Both the position numbers and the translations under genes were made by a program. A DNA stretch of 47,199 bases, counting the filler, from Catajapyx aquilonaris (lineage: Eukaryota), in the NCBI GenBank assembly GCA_000934665.2. It is 2 parts of 2 records of this genome, joined end to end, with 100 filler letters (N's around TTAATTAATTAA, not from the genome) between each part and the next. Parts side by side here need not be neighbours in the genome. Positions count along the whole stretch, not along the records: positions 1 to 23,560 come from JYFJ02005663.1; 1 more part is not named here. One strand, given 5' to 3'. Position 1 is the first letter of the stretch. Each line of letters starts with the position of its first letter. Under the pieces are notes generated by a model. That model saw nothing but the letters and a program-made list of their open reading frames with translations, did not search any database and was not told the origin of the DNA. Positions 1 to 13,069 of the stretch are shown piece by piece.

Positions 1-663
1 GTGTCATATTTGGTTTCAGTGACAGCAAATTATATGTAATCGACACCTCACAAGCCACACATCATATGCAAATACCTTTAGACATTTTCAGGTATGACAA
101 TTTCAAAGTGGCGGCCATAGGTCACAAACTAGTGACCTTCGGACCTTCTGAATATGACCCATCGTCTTAGCGACCTCGAATTATGCTACAAGGATACCAA
201 ACACGTCTACTATTCGCTTACGAGTGGATATCCCCACCAAAGGGTTTAAGTTGAAACCCAATATGGCGCCCCACAGGTCACCGGATGCATTATTCCGAAT
301 TTTTATTGTCATTTTCGGTTTCAGTGACATCAAATTATATCTAAACGATACCTCCCATGCCACCTTTTAGTCGCAAATACCATTAGACATAGCCCAGTAG
401 GGTAATTTCAAGACCAATCGACTTGTCGACCTCGAAATATGCGGAAATGACACCAACATTGCCATGGAGAGGCAATTTGGAATTTACAAAAAATAAATGA
501 CCTTTTTTCAAAAATGGCCGCCATTTGACCCCACAAGGTCAGGGGACAGGGTGCTGCGGGTCAAATTGATCGTCTTGGTCTATAGAACGTCTGTGCAAAG
601 TGGCTTGCTTTCTGCAAGATTTTGCAGCATATGACCGTTTTTCCTGTTGTACCGCTTCCACTA
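1..663. mobile_element. Non-autonomous DNA-transposon-like repeat end with internal diverged repeats; terminus 5'-TAGTGGAAGCGGTA on minus strand (possibly Academ-type)
   Basis: Internal duplication (GGTTTCAGTGACA...ATTATAT near 13 and near 317). The same terminal 14-mer TACCGCTTCCACTA ends the related element at 24375. Confidence 0.55.
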
Positions 664-868
664 CTAGTCGTTAGAGCCCGGTTCCTCCGCTTTGAATATG
701 GTGAAGGTTACCGTTGGTTCGCGATTGACGACAGTCGTCACTTCCGCCACCGACTGGTGCTGTGTTTCCTTTCTGTCTGGTGGAGTGGCGGGGCTTACTG
801 GATGCTCGGCCCACTTCCCCAGGTCCATGCTTGGAATCAGGTGACTCTTGCAAGGGATGCGGGGATTT
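664..868 (-). CDS. Peroxidase exon 13 (last coding exon)
   Basis: [21 protein letters not shown], the typical domain end, then a tail to TAG at 666-664. Confidence 0.85.
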
Positions 869-3024
869 CTGAAGAAATATGTAATAGGAGGGGGATAAGT
901 ACTAACATTAATTATTTTATATCAGCCCAATAATGATCACATTATTTTACAGAGCACAGAGGAAACCGGAACCATTCCAAATAGGGTTGGCTTTGATGCA
1001 CTTACACAAAATCTATCTGGACCGGGTCCACTTACAAAGCGAACCAGGCCCGGGTAGGTGGCGTCACACTGTTACGAACAAATTAGTATTTTAAGAGGTT
1101 AGACAATTCCGCAAACCCGATGATACATAATATTCTTACTGTATTGGAGATCAGAAGGGCGTACGTGGCTCGTAAACTAACGAGTGTAGTGCCCACTGGC
1201 TACACTCGTACTCCGATTTAACTTTGGACTGACGTCACTTATTTACTAATGGCAATGATGTGTACGTCAGCCTGAATTGAAAACATCGGAATACATGATT
1301 CATGCACTGTACTTATGCTTGTTATGCATGCCCGTGCATGCCACTATCCTCGGTGATCAGTTGTGCATACTACCAAAAAACCCTAGTAGCCTACAGATAC
1401 TGGAGTACACTATTGGCAGTAATTTTTTACCCAGCAATACAACAATATTATTATCCAGTAAATACATTGAATAGTAATCATTAAATAAACAATCCAAAGC
1501 CAAAAAGGCTCAACGAAGTAAAATCACTAGAGAGTAAAATAACAGCCATAGATTGAGGTACTCTGGAGTGAAATAACATCAGGCACTAAACTCTGATATA
1601 AAGGAAGGCATCCTAGAGAGTCTGACTGGTATTAAATATGCATGACACCTAATTTCGTTGGACCACTCGAAATGTTTGGTGCATATGGTGCTTCACAGAG
1701 TCTATAGCCTCTATACCGTGAAAAGTGAAAGCTAGGAATGCACGACAATGTTCCTGACAGATGCGATAGGGGATCAGAACGTTGCTAATTTTCAGTTTTC
1801 TTTTCCATGTTCAAAAGGCCACAGAAGGAGCCTCTGCAGCGATTTTTGTGTTAAATTTCTAAGGCTGGCAGAAAAGAGTGTCTTTTCGTCACGTGTTTCT
1901 AATCAACCGGATAGTTAATAATATGCTAGATGTGGTTATATTATTATATAGCCCTTCTGAAGAGTTGCCACACGATCCAAAAAAGGACTGCACAATCATC
2001 TACGTAGTTTATTAACTATCAGGTTGATTAACATATGACTCAAAATGATAATGTGATTTGTCAGCATTAGAAATTACATTTAAAAAATCACTGCAGGCCC
2101 TATCTGTGGCCACTTCTCCTCCATAATATGTGAAAATCATGCGTAGATGTACCGTAAATATAGAGTTGCCAAAGTTGCCAAAGTCACTTGTTTTAATTTT
2201 ATCACGGCAGGTATCGTTCAAATACTTACTGCAACTGCGACTGGCAACTTAGCTGTTCCAAAAGCACATGAAAACATAATCAAAGACAAGCTTGGGCCAA
2301 TTACATCAAGCACCGTTTTCACCAAAATGTTTAGAGGACCATACTAGATTTCCTTCAGATCAGTTTTCAGAAAATTGAAGCGTAATAACTGTCCACGAAA
2401 AGTGTACAGTGTTGTATTGCTTACAGGCTGTGGTCTGGCAGGATCATGACGTAAGGTTGTACCATGGATATCTTGTCGCTGTTGTCGCACACGATGCGCG
2501 ACAGTCGCACCTTACGGATCTCCTCCAGCTGGTCTGAAAAAACTAACGTCATCAATGGGGTCGGGTAAATCATACAACGCAGTGGTCTCAAATCACAAAA
2601 ATGGTTTCGAACAAAACAGCTGACTTGGTGAGCCGCGTGTGATGGAAGATACGTATAGTCCACCAGTTTTGGACAAATGAATTTTCGAGCTTCAAGCAGG
2701 ACATTGCAAGCCATTTTTTTCCGACGGTGAGCATGAGCATGCCGAACTCCCCGCCGTACCTTCTGTGAATGAAGAAGGCCAATCCGGATTCTCGTACCAG
2801 AAGCGGTCGCCATTCCTCAGGTTTCGAAATGTCATGGCGATGATGCAGGCGAAGGACGGGCCCAGCATGCTTCCGTCTGTTGGATGCTCCGAGATGCCTC
2901 CGGACCAAAGATCGATGTCCTCGGGAGACCTACCGGTAGGTTCAGACACACTTGGTAGCTGGTGTGCAGCTGGCACTAGTTTATACTACATCCTGGCACT
3001 ACAGTCATGTAACCACCGAGACAT

Positions 3025-3101
<77 letters not shown>

Positions 3102-3803
3102 TTATTGTATATATCCCTCCCCTACAAACATATAGTTCAAAATGGAGGGACTCTCCATACTACTGTACATTTTCCCTTACAACCGGCCCTTACAACCGGA
3201 AATATATTATCAGAATAAACACGTGACAGGAATTCGGAAATGTATAAACTTAATATATCAAATTATAATATAATATCACAAAAAGGTGATTTCGCTACCA
3301 CTGCTTTAAAGAAATTTTATGACTTAAATGCATCTTCCTTATGAATGTATATACAGGGTGTATCTGAACTCAGTTCCCCGACGTATATGACTGCCTTCCT
3401 AGCCACCAGAGGATCGATTTAAGTATAGGAGTCATTATGTTTGGCCGCCGCATTACGGAGATAATTGCCCGCAAACANCCCCCCCCCCCCGAAATCCTAG
3501 AAAGTGGTTGCCAGACCCAAAAGAATATGCAAAAGTGGTCGAAATCTATGGAAAATTGAACACCGCGTAGAAGAATATATGGTATTGTAAGTATTATGGA
3601 AAAAAATGTACACAACTTAAACGAAAACGAAAATTCGCGCGCTCACGCGCGTGTGAGTGGTTATCAAGGTGGTTATTATATGCAGGGCTTACTGTAGAGC
3701 TTGCTTATAGCCGATGTGCTTTAGGAAGATTCCCCTCTACTTTGTCAGCTACATTCACCTAAGTTTGTGTGACCTTGAACACAAAAATTTCTCCCGCGGA
3801 GGG

Positions 3804-3846
<43 letters not shown>

Positions 3847-6800
3847 TATTTATTTACTTATTTAACCCCGTGATCGAGCTCGGGGGGGGGGGGGGGGGGG
3901 GGNGGGAGGTAGCAAACCCCCTCCGAACAAAAATCCTGCGTACGGCCCTGCCTGGTGCCCATTATGCCATTGGTACATGGCTGTCGGTGGGGGTCGGATT
4001 CACCCTGTATAAACTTCCTAACCGAGGAGACAGGAGGATACTCGCTACGCGGTGAGAAGGTTCGAAATATTATTTTGGCCATAGCTCGAAAAAGCAGCAG
4101 AAATTTGCAATTCTGAGGATACATTCTCACACTTGCTCAATTGAATAGCTCTTATAAAGTGATTTTACGCTGAGAGCCAAGGTTTGGTGAGCCTTATTGC
4201 GTTCTTTGGCTGGCTCAGGATTACCAACTTGGAACAGTAGCGTTGGAAACATTTCAACGGATACGGATTGTCACCATTGTCAACTAAAATAATTATGAAA
4301 CATCACAGAATACAGTAGGCTATTTAATAGCCTACTGTATTCTGTGATGTTTCATAATTATTTTAGTTTTTAGGTGTACTAGTACACCTGTAGTGGTACT
4401 CCTTAGGTATCCTTAGGGACCGTACTCTTTGGTAGGCCTACTTCTTGAATTTTGGCACTCCAATGTACAGTGGAGTGGTTAACCCCTTGATTTATGCTTT
4501 CAATGAGGATCTAGAGACTACCTTCCTCCGCAGTACCAACCTGTAGACCTGGGAATAGCGATGTGCGGTGTGGTTGGGCATGAACTGAGCCAACTGTGAC
4601 CAGGTGTCTGGAGAGGAGAGTCCGCATGCGCGCCTGAATGCCATGAAAGAAGGGACACCATGCTCCCTGGCCCTTTGCATGTTGATGGAGGCCAGGTCCA
4701 TCCCAAATGGCTGGCCCTGCTTCTGGAAGAGGTGGTTGGTCACCTGCTGGGTCACAGAGTCGTCCATGGCCTGGGCCACCTGGTTCACCAGGCCAAGGGT
4801 CAGCTCGTCGCAACGACCAGCCCTGTACAGGTCAAAAGGCTGCCGGAGCATACCGCTCAGGTCGTCCTCGCCTAAAGCATTTAAAAACACATGTAGCTGA
4901 AACACAGTCGTTTCACATCTTCATCATGTCGTTTGGTACGATACGTCGCGTCGCGTCGTGACTTACCGATGAACCGATGCGAGTAGCTCCACCTCTGAAC
5001 CTTGGAGGGAAGCAGTGAGTGTCCGAACCTGAATGCTGCTGTGATGAAGGACGAAGGCACCGTGGCCTCTGTGTCCGGGTCGTACCCCGTATAGTACCCT
5101 GACTGGTCCAGGATTAGTCCGAACCGCTGCATCACCGTCTTCCCTAGGACCATCGGGAGGAACTCGTTGAAGGTCACGTGCTGGGTGACCGCTGCCACGA
5201 TGTGACGGGACTCCTGCACAGGTTTGGACAATATTATTATTGGTGACATACCATACACAACTCCTATCCGGACCTGGCTCTTCTGCAAAGCTAACCGGGT
5301 CAATATCATCAGGAGCAGCATGACGAAAGAATCCAAAATGGCTATTCACATATCACACTTATACCTGGTACAGCCTTTCGTCGTCCCAGTGCGGGTTGAT
5401 CTTGGCAAGTAGTCTGGCGATTCGGTTGTGCTCTCGCATGAATATGACATGCAACACTGCCAGAACCAGCTGCTCGTTCACCCTGTTGTCTCCTGAGAAT
5501 GAGAAATTGAAACATAAGTGGGTGATTATGTGGGTTCAAAGCCAATTTCAACTAACAGTCATCCTTAAACTTTTGGAAAGCGATACTGACTAAATAACAT
5601 GTTAAATTTTATACTGTACGTGTAATACAATGATAAGAAAATGTCAACGGCTCCAGATAATTGCAATAAACAATTGCATCCAACAATATTCAGAAAATTT
5701 GCCGAGTAAAAACCCCCCTATACGCATCCAATTGGGTATGTAAGTTACTTGTAGAAAATAAAAAGCTTATTTTAAAACAATGTTGATGCATGGACTTTTC
5801 TAATATTTAGCTACCCCAAGTATAGGGAGAGGAAACAAAAGCTCCGAGAGTCTACACAATGCATACCCTTAAAAAACAAAAGCGTAAAGTTTTACGCAAA
5901 TGTGAAATATGTTTTATTAGCCTACTGTCTGTCCATTTCAATTTCGCGAATGACGGCATTTCCTGAGTAAAATACTACGTACCGTATCTGAAAGTCAAAT
6001 TGAGTTTTCGAAACAATAAATAAATAAATAATAAATAATAAATATATATAAAAATGTCATCAAGCTGTTCACTTGTACCTGCAAAGAAGCAAAAGATATC
6101 GTCCGATGGCCTGAGACATCCGTCGTCCGGTTGGTCTGTCTTGAGCGGAAGGAGGTCCTTCAGACGGAGGGTCCTGAAGGCGGGCATGGTCTTCAGCTGA
6201 CCTCTCTCGAAGGACCTCAACTGTCTGCCGATGGACTCGCTCGAGCCGTACACAAAGTTAGCGTCCAGGTAAGACGATATCGCGTTCATCTGCACGCGGG
6301 GACCTAAGGTCAGAGTGGCAGTCATCATCATCACCACTACAGCAATGATAACAACACAACAATAATGTCACAAATTTATTTATCACGGGTTTCTGCCAAT
6401 GACATTGAAAAAATTGACCGCTCAACCGGCGGCCATCTTGAATAGAATTGAACATCCGGCGGCCATGACTTACTAGACTACTAGAGGGAAAGAATTGCCG
6501 GAAATTTCGTAAGTTTAAAATGAGGCTTTGCTAGGACATCAAGTTCATAGGGTGATTATAATCAACAAATATTTAACAAATGGTTTTAGATTTCGGATTC
6601 AGCTTGTCTAAATAGATTCCAAGTTCAACGTCCTATAGGGGCCGTCCATAATCCGCGCGGACAAGTGAAGGGGGGGAGAGGGGTTGCACTTTGTCCGCTT
6701 TTGTCCGTACAGGGGGGTAGAAGTCAGTTGTAGTCTTGTACGCGCGGACAATAAACGTCAAATGAATATTAAGGACTAGGCCGTTTTTTAGTCAGACCTC

Positions 6801-9800
6801 TCAAATATACCGTCATGCCTCTGAAAAAAGGAATTTGTGTGTAGATATCAAAAAATAAAAAATACCAATATATTGAAAATAACACTTTCAGTGTGGCGAA
6901 GCGGGGGCAGGGGTCAAGGAGGCCATGTCCGCGCAATTTTTAGGGGGGGGGGAGGTAAATTGTCCGCTTCTGTCCGCAAAGGGGAGGGGGGAGGTACAAA
7001 AGTGAAAAAATCTGTCCGCGCGGATTATGGAAGGCCCCATATACAGGCGGCCACTTCCGGTCTCCAGGGTTCACTCTATCCTTGTTCATGCGGGTAACCG
7101 TATATGATTTAGATTTTGAAATTAGTTTCCTGAAGTATAATTATCACAATAACTATCAAAAGCCCTGAATTCTGCCAAGTACTGTACAAGCAACCACCCA
7201 AGCAAACTGCATTTGAAACGTGATTTGATTTACTATGGCCGCCATGAGAGTAGAGGGAAAAACAAAGGGTTTTGTCGGCTTCAGGATGATGGCTCTGGCG
7301 GCATTGGGTTAAGCGGTCTATTTTCTCTATGCCATTGGTTTCTGCCCCTTCGAATAAGATGTCAGCAATGTGAAAATAACAAACTAGACCTATTCACACT
7401 TGAGGTTTGTCACAATTCGTGCCTTTTTAGAACGCCACTTTGTCCATTATTGAAATAATCCAAGAGCGTCCTTATAGACCACGTCGTGTGCATTGGCTAA
7501 TGGTGTTAATCAATGCATGATGTAGTGTACAATATGCCCTACCGATGCGACAGTCGATTCGTACTCCTGCTTCGGACCTGGCAAAGTTGATGCACTGCTG
7601 CTTGTGCTTCCGGTAGAAGGTATCGTCCGGGGGTATCCTGATGGGCATGCAGTTTGGGTGCGGAGGACGACGGGTACGGGGGTACGCCCCACCCGGACAG
7701 CATTCAGGGTCCTTCTTATTGCGGTCTGAAACGCAGCTCATCAAGCATTACACTCCCCAGTTCGTACAGTAGTTGTCCACATACCCCGCAAGCTCCCACA
7801 ATATGCAAGTGAGTGTAGTACAGTTATACCTTTGGTCTCGACTGTCAAGGTGAGGTCGTGATCAATGATCTGACCCCAGGCGACCAGCATGAGCGTGGCT
7901 GAGTGATCGTGCACGTCCACCTCCTTGTGCACATGAGCAGACACACGTCTCGGGCTAGGCAAGGGACTGCCGTCCACCGAACTCGATCTGGGACTTCCTA
8001 TACCTGCATCGGAGTACATACAACGCAGGGGTCATACACACGGCACCCATGAAAATGGACCCGTTCCGGACCGGGTCCGGACCGGTCTGAACATTGGAGT
8101 AATTTTTAGGATTAGGTAACTTGTTATCTACTCTCCTAGTCTGGTCACCCTGAATAACTAACCTGAACCCCCCCCCCCCCCCACACACACACACACACAC
8201 CCACATCAACATAATTATATAGTAACAGATCAACTACCCACGTGGATAACCTACCCAGAGACCTAATTCTGAAATTATTTCAGATCCGTTAGGCTGGTGA
8301 TAATCCAGTGGCTAAGTCACAGCCGAACTAAGCCCCGCAAGTAAAAAATAGTCAAACAGGGTGAACGTGATTCAAAATTTCCATTTTACGAAGATATGAT
8401 GAAGATATTAACCCACAACTGTGAAATTATTTAATTAGGTATTGAACCATGCTGGACGAAAGGGTGAGTATAAATAAATTTTTTCTGTGCACAATACTAC
8501 GTAGGAGAAATTACGATTTAGTTACGTGCGGCCATGTTCACCCCATCTTACGTGCGGGAAACGAGTTCTGCTAGAGTTTTTAAATGTGTTTTTAAGGAAC
8601 GGCGTACGTAAGCTGTAACAAATATTACCACCACTGGAAAGGTTCACCTTCACCTCCTAAAAATGAACAAGACACTTGCTTTGCAATTTCTTGATTTAAA
8701 AAATAAGTTTGCACACTATGAAAATTTGGTGGTTTCATAGGGTAGCCTTTAACATTTATTTCCTTGCTTACCTATGCCGACACAGGTGAATTATTTTGGT
8801 CTACAGCATGGTAAGCGCTGCCGCAGTGGCATGAGGTCATTGAGAGGCTCATTTTTATGACACATGTTACCTTAAATATTCATTAATGACATTTTTGAAA
8901 TTGTGGCCAAGTTCACCCAGCCGGCCAACGTCACCCCATTTGACGGTACGTGGAAATTAAACGATCCCTCTCTCCATAACGATGTAAGCATGAAGAATTT
9001 CGTTTCATTTTTTATGTAGAAATTACAGGAGAGTGCATCAACCTAAATAGTGTATCGGTTTCGGAACGGGTCCAGCTGTATAATTATGAATGCCCCACGT
9101 GGATGCGAGCGAGAGAGCATACCGTCTCCGTAGGCGACTGGCAGCAAGCGTCTGAAGGGCGTCATGGCAGCCCCCCACTGGGGGTGCTTCAGATTGTTGC
9201 ACCTTCCGTCTAGGGAACGGTGTCGCGCGGGCTTGCCGCAGTCGGACGCAGACGACGTCATCATGCGGTGCGGGCAGTAGGAAGCCACTGGCCCTATCCG
9301 GTCTGTGGCCATCAGGGGAAGTCCTCCCCACGTCGCCTCCTTGCCCAGGCCATATCTGCAGTCCAGTTCAAATAAAAACATCATTATTGTTGTGAATCAC
9401 CCTGAATGACGACAAATATTAATTAGTGATGCAAGTGCACTGACTGCCTGGCGATGATCCTGGCTGTGGTCAGGAGGGCCATTCCTAGCTTGCCCATCTC
9501 TTGCGGTTTCATCCTGTCCGTGGAGCGGGCTGGTCTCACTAGTCCCACCCTCCTGCGGGCCAACTCCCAAGCCTTCGTCACGGACGTCGCTGTTACGCAG
9601 ATGTCGCTGGACCTAATTACCAAAACACAAAGCACTTGAAAAGGGTCTACAAAGTGCGTCACGATGGTTATTGTCTTTATCCAATAAGCATCCCCGTCCT
9701 AGGTCACATACAGTCCGTCGATCACGCATAGTAATTATAAAAAATATATTTATCTGTCAGACACATATTTCCATGGCATGATCCGTCACACCTGCTTTCA

Positions 9801-12263
9801 CCTAACATGGACTGAAGTGACGGAATGTGACAAGTGGTGTATACAGGGTGGACAACTTCAAGTGTCGTTTTATAACGGCTATTAATAGAAGCGCTTTACG
9901 ATTGACGTAGCAGCGAAGTGTAAAATGGCCCACTTCGGCGCCATCGAAAATATTAGCTGCCAATTGGGTGCCCTATTGGCAGCTAATATTTTCGATGGCG
10001 CCGAAGTGGGACATTTTACACGTCGCTGCTACGTCATCGCAAAATCACTGCTATTAATCGCCGTTATAAAACGACACTTGAAGTTGGTCCACCCTGTATA
10101 GGAAACTTTACAGCCAAAATTACGTAACCGACAAATGATGCGTAACATAAGTCGCAAAAATGATCCCCCAACGTAACGAATGTGACGGAGAGTATCTCAC
10201 GTGAGGGCTTTGGGTCCGAGCAGCCTGAAGGTCCTGAGGCCCATGCTGCCGGGCCTGGGGATAAGATCCTGCCTGGCCACCAGCAACGCGCAGTCATCAT
10301 GTTGCCTCTTGGTCACAGGCACCATTGTGGCCGAGGTCATCCAGGGGTCATCCGATCTGACCTCGAACCGGGGCACTGACCGCTGATGGGTCGTGCTGGG
10401 GAAGCCAGGCCACAGGTAAGGGTCAAGTTGCACGTGCCTCTCGCTGGCATTGCCATTGCTGCCAACGGAGGAGGAGTTGGCCGAGTCAGAGGCGGGGTCC
10501 GCGACCGCTGTTGGCGCCACTGCCCTGCTGTGACCAAACAAACAAGAAAGGTAACAATTTACGGCACGCTTTTAGAACCAAGGACGTGTGACGTTACGCC
10601 CAACTTATCACGCCTACCGCATCCGACAACTTATTTAGGCCCAAGAAAAAATGGGATCAAGAGTTCACCGCCTAGCGCCTGTACATTGTTCCCAAATCGA
10701 CCGCCAATCTGCTGGCGTTCATGCTCTCTAGTTCATTCCACGCAGAAGTCAAGCAGGAAAAGGTGGTGTTCGGCAAATCGAGGGGGGGGGGGGGGGGGNT
10801 ACCTTCTCATTGCGACGGGACGTTTTCATTGGCATCTTGCTGCAGCTCTTTACCTGCCCCTCATCCTTTGTCGTAACGAGCTCAACGAGCTATGGTGCTG
10901 TTCATTTAATTTTTTTTATTTTACTGTTATTTTCCTCGCGCAGCAATTTTTATACAGTGTAATGCGTTCAGCCTTATAATAGGAGGCTACTGATGTCACA
11001 ATCCTTGAGTTGTTAAGTGCTTCGTTGAAATTATTGTTTGCCAGTCACCTTTGCACATCAGGGTAACCTCCATGAGTGCCTCCCCCACCTAGACAGGGTA
11101 TTGCTCGGGGTATTGTCTCTCCGCCATATTGGATCTATACAGTGAAAAAATGTCATTGAAAAAAAACGCTTGCCAATTTCTTATCCTGCAGCACACAATC
11201 TAGATCCAATATGGCCGCCCCATAAGGACTACGTGGAGACAATACCCTGGCTAGGGTGGGGGAGGCACCCATGTAGGGGACCTTGTTGCACATTACGATG
11301 TCTGGATTACTCTAAGGCTGAATGCAAGTGGTAGGCTACAAGGTGCCAGTCCAAGGTGCACGATGGATGGAGTAGGGGAAGAAAAAATATATTATTGCTG
11401 ACCCCTGCTACAGGTTTGAAAGAGAAGCAATCTATCACGACAATAAGCCTCTTCCCCATTGGTCGGTGAGATTTACAAGCTCCTTTGGAACATGCAAATA
11501 TACAGTATAGCTACGAATAAGTGCTAAATTGCAAATTTCAAGAGAGAGGGAGAGGGAAAAGTTCCGCCATCAATATTTACAGGCACTCAGATAGTCATCT
11601 GGATTGTCAATACTCCACTGCACTGTTTAAAATAATGGCCCCTTGCAAGGATGAATTCTGTTGGCTCCACACAAATGGACCTGATGCCATCAACAATCCC
11701 CAAGAAATGCAGCACCTAATGAAACCGAACCCTTTCCAGTATTTCCAACCCGCCTGATTTCACACCAACAAGGAATCATACAGTTTGGCAATCACCCAGA
11801 GTTGAATAGTAGGGCAACTCATGTGATTGTCAATCTGGATTGACACTGCCTACGTAGCAACCAAGGGAGCGGGCCAGTTCTGGACCGGGTCCATTGCAGT
11901 GTGAATGTCAAGGCCGCTTCACAAACTCGGCGTTGCGAAAGCGGGGCGAAATGCCCGTTTTACAAACCCGGATTTGCGCGAGCGGGGCGTACGGAGAGCG
12001 GAAAATTTGCGAAGGGCTATTCACAAATGCTGCGTGCGATGACCGAGCGCGGGCGTTGCGCTGGCGTCCAATCGGGTGGACTTTCTGCGTGCGATGAGCG
12101 TAAGGCCCACACGCCACGCTTTCGCAACGCCGAGTTTGTGAAGCGGCCTTCACCCCCCATTTTCGAAGCAATTTAACCTGATATCCTGTATCTAACAAAT
12201 TGGAGAAAATTGGCCTTACCAGTGGACGTCGAGGAGTAGCAGTAGGACGAGACGTGAGCTCAT
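664..12263 (-). CDS. Secreted animal heme peroxidase (peroxidase-cyclooxygenase superfamily; chorion peroxidase/peroxinectin-like), 13 coding exons, ~846 aa
   Basis: Manually spliced exons on the minus strand: 12263-12220, 10524-10201, 9612-9445, 9355-9123, 8003-7830, 7725-7543, 6303-6079, 5492-5365, 5213-4967, 4871-4541, 2929-2760, 2533-2425, 868-664. All introns are GT-AG with consistent phases; total 2541 nt. Motifs: [18 protein letters not shown] (distal His), [17 protein letters not shown] (distal Arg/heme Glu), FMREHNR, AFRFGHS (proximal His), [28 protein letters not shown]. Confidence 0.93.
2425..2533 (-). CDS. Peroxidase exon 12
   Basis: [25 protein letters not shown] donor. Confidence 0.92.
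2760..2929 (-). CDS. Peroxidase exon 11
   Basis: [11 protein letters not shown]...GPSFACII...GDRFWYEN. Confidence 0.94.
3027..3101 (+). repeat. (AAT)n microsatellite
   Basis: Directly visible. Confidence 0.95.
3807..3845 (+). repeat. (ATT)n microsatellite
   Basis: Directly visible. Confidence 0.9.
4282..4368. repeat. Perfect 87-bp palindrome (43-bp arms, 1-nt centre) in a peroxidase intron
   Basis: AACTAAAATAATTATGAAACATCACAGAATACAGTAGGCTATT, T, then its exact reverse complement. Confidence 0.9.
4541..4871 (-). CDS. Peroxidase exon 10
   Basis: VTNHLF...[16 protein letters not shown]. Confidence 0.94.
4967..5213 (-). CDS. Peroxidase exon 9
   Basis: [20 protein letters not shown]...AAFRFGHS proximal His. 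Confidence 0.94.
5365..5492 (-). CDS. Peroxidase exon 8
   Basis: [43 protein letters not shown] (read by hand; not in the ORF track). Confidence 0.93.
6079..6303 (-). CDS. Peroxidase exon 7
   Basis: [21 protein letters not shown]...CFFA. Confidence 0.93.
6638..7038. mobile_element. MITE, PIF/Harbinger-like
   Basis: TIRs GGGGCCGTCCATAATCCGCGCGGACA ... TGTCCGCGCGGATTATGGAAGGCCCC, with AT-rich 3-bp flanks. Confidence 0.8.
7543..7725 (-). CDS. Peroxidase exon 6
   Basis: [16 protein letters not shown]...CINFARS. Confidence 0.92.
7830..8003 (-). CDS. Peroxidase exon 5
   Basis: LPSPRRVS...WGQIIDHDL distal His motif. Confidence 0.93.
9123..9355 (-). CDS. Peroxidase exon 4
   Basis: [33 protein letters not shown], the canonical start of the peroxidase domain. 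Confidence 0.92.
9445..9612 (-). CDS. Peroxidase exon 3
   Basis: SSDICVT...[11 protein letters not shown] acceptor, GTCAGT donor. Confidence 0.8.
9844..10096. mobile_element. Foldback MITE, Tc1/mariner type
   Basis: TA-CAGGGTG...CACCCTG-TA; nearly the whole element is self-complementary. Confidence 0.88.
10201..10524 (-). CDS. Peroxidase exon 2
   Basis: CAGCAG acceptor and GTGAGA donor; open frame [10 protein letters not shown]...GPKAL; phase matches both neighbours. Confidence 0.75.
11059..11285. mobile_element. hAT-type MITE
   Basis: Imperfect TIRs (CAGGGTAACCTCCATGAGTGCC / GGCACCCATGTAGGGGACCTTG) and an exact 8-bp TSD TTGCACAT at 11051-11058 and 11286-11293. Confidence 0.85.
11911..12149. 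mobile_element. PIF/Harbinger-type MITE
   Basis: 33-bp perfect TIR AGGCCGCTTCACAAACTCGGCGTTGCGAAAGCG and 3-bp TSD TCA. Confidence 0.88.
12220..12263 (-). CDS. Peroxidase exon 1 (putative signal peptide start [14 protein letters not shown])
   Basis: ATG, hydrophobic run and GTAAGG donor; phase 2 joins exon 2 to give [23 protein letters not shown], which looks like a signal peptide. Confidence 0.65.
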
Positions 12264-13069
12264 CGTCGGGCATGTTGTCCTGTAGTCTGGCTGGTGTCTG
12301 ACTGACTGACTGACTGACTGACTCTGATCCGGACCGTGTTCAAGACTCACCTAGTTCTCTAGTCACGCCTCGGGACGTCCCAACACGCGCTTGGAATAAG
12401 CTTATTTTGCCGTTCTATTCGAAGTAGCTGCAGCGTGCATAATGTCCTTGGTGGTAGGCATAAAATATTGATTGTCGTAAAGCAGTTACTTACCAAGAAT
12501 TACAGTGGTTATTACAAAATATTAGCGGATAGTATTAGGCTGAACAGAAGCCGATATTTTGACCTATTTTGAACCACTGCTGTATGACATCAGTGGTTGT
12601 AGGCCTACCCACTAGTTCAGGGGTGGGCAACCTACGGGCTGCCACCGATTTAGTATTGCCAAAAATCCTCAGACAATACTCCCTTCCAACAACGTCATTT
12701 TATAAGAACAACAATACTTCCAAGACAACATGCTGCTGATGACAGAAGCACCTTCTCCGAAAATTTTCCCTCCAGCCCCAGGTCGTCAAGTTGCGATGGT
12801 GAGGCATCTGTGAGAAGGAAACGTTCCAGGACATGGAGAAAAAAATGCGCCACCAAGGAACTGTTAAAAATAATGCACTCGGTTGGAAAGAAGGTATATG
12901 CAAAAATCTATAGAAGTAGCGGTAGATGGGGACGGCAGTGAAGGTGACGATGACACTGACGATGACGCGCCGCCATGTACAATGTGAAGGACCTGAAAAT
13001 TCTGCTGGAATCTCTTAAGGCTAAATTCCAATCATCTGAATAATTATTATCCTTCTAGAATCTAGAGTA

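Noticed and set aside
2952..4055. Poly-Asn and poly-Tyr ORFs
   Set aside because: Translations of intronic (AAT)n/(ATT)n microsatellites
11908..12273. 121-aa ORF as a gene
   Set aside because: Mostly read-through into a Harbinger MITE; the plausible exon uses another frame (12263-12220)
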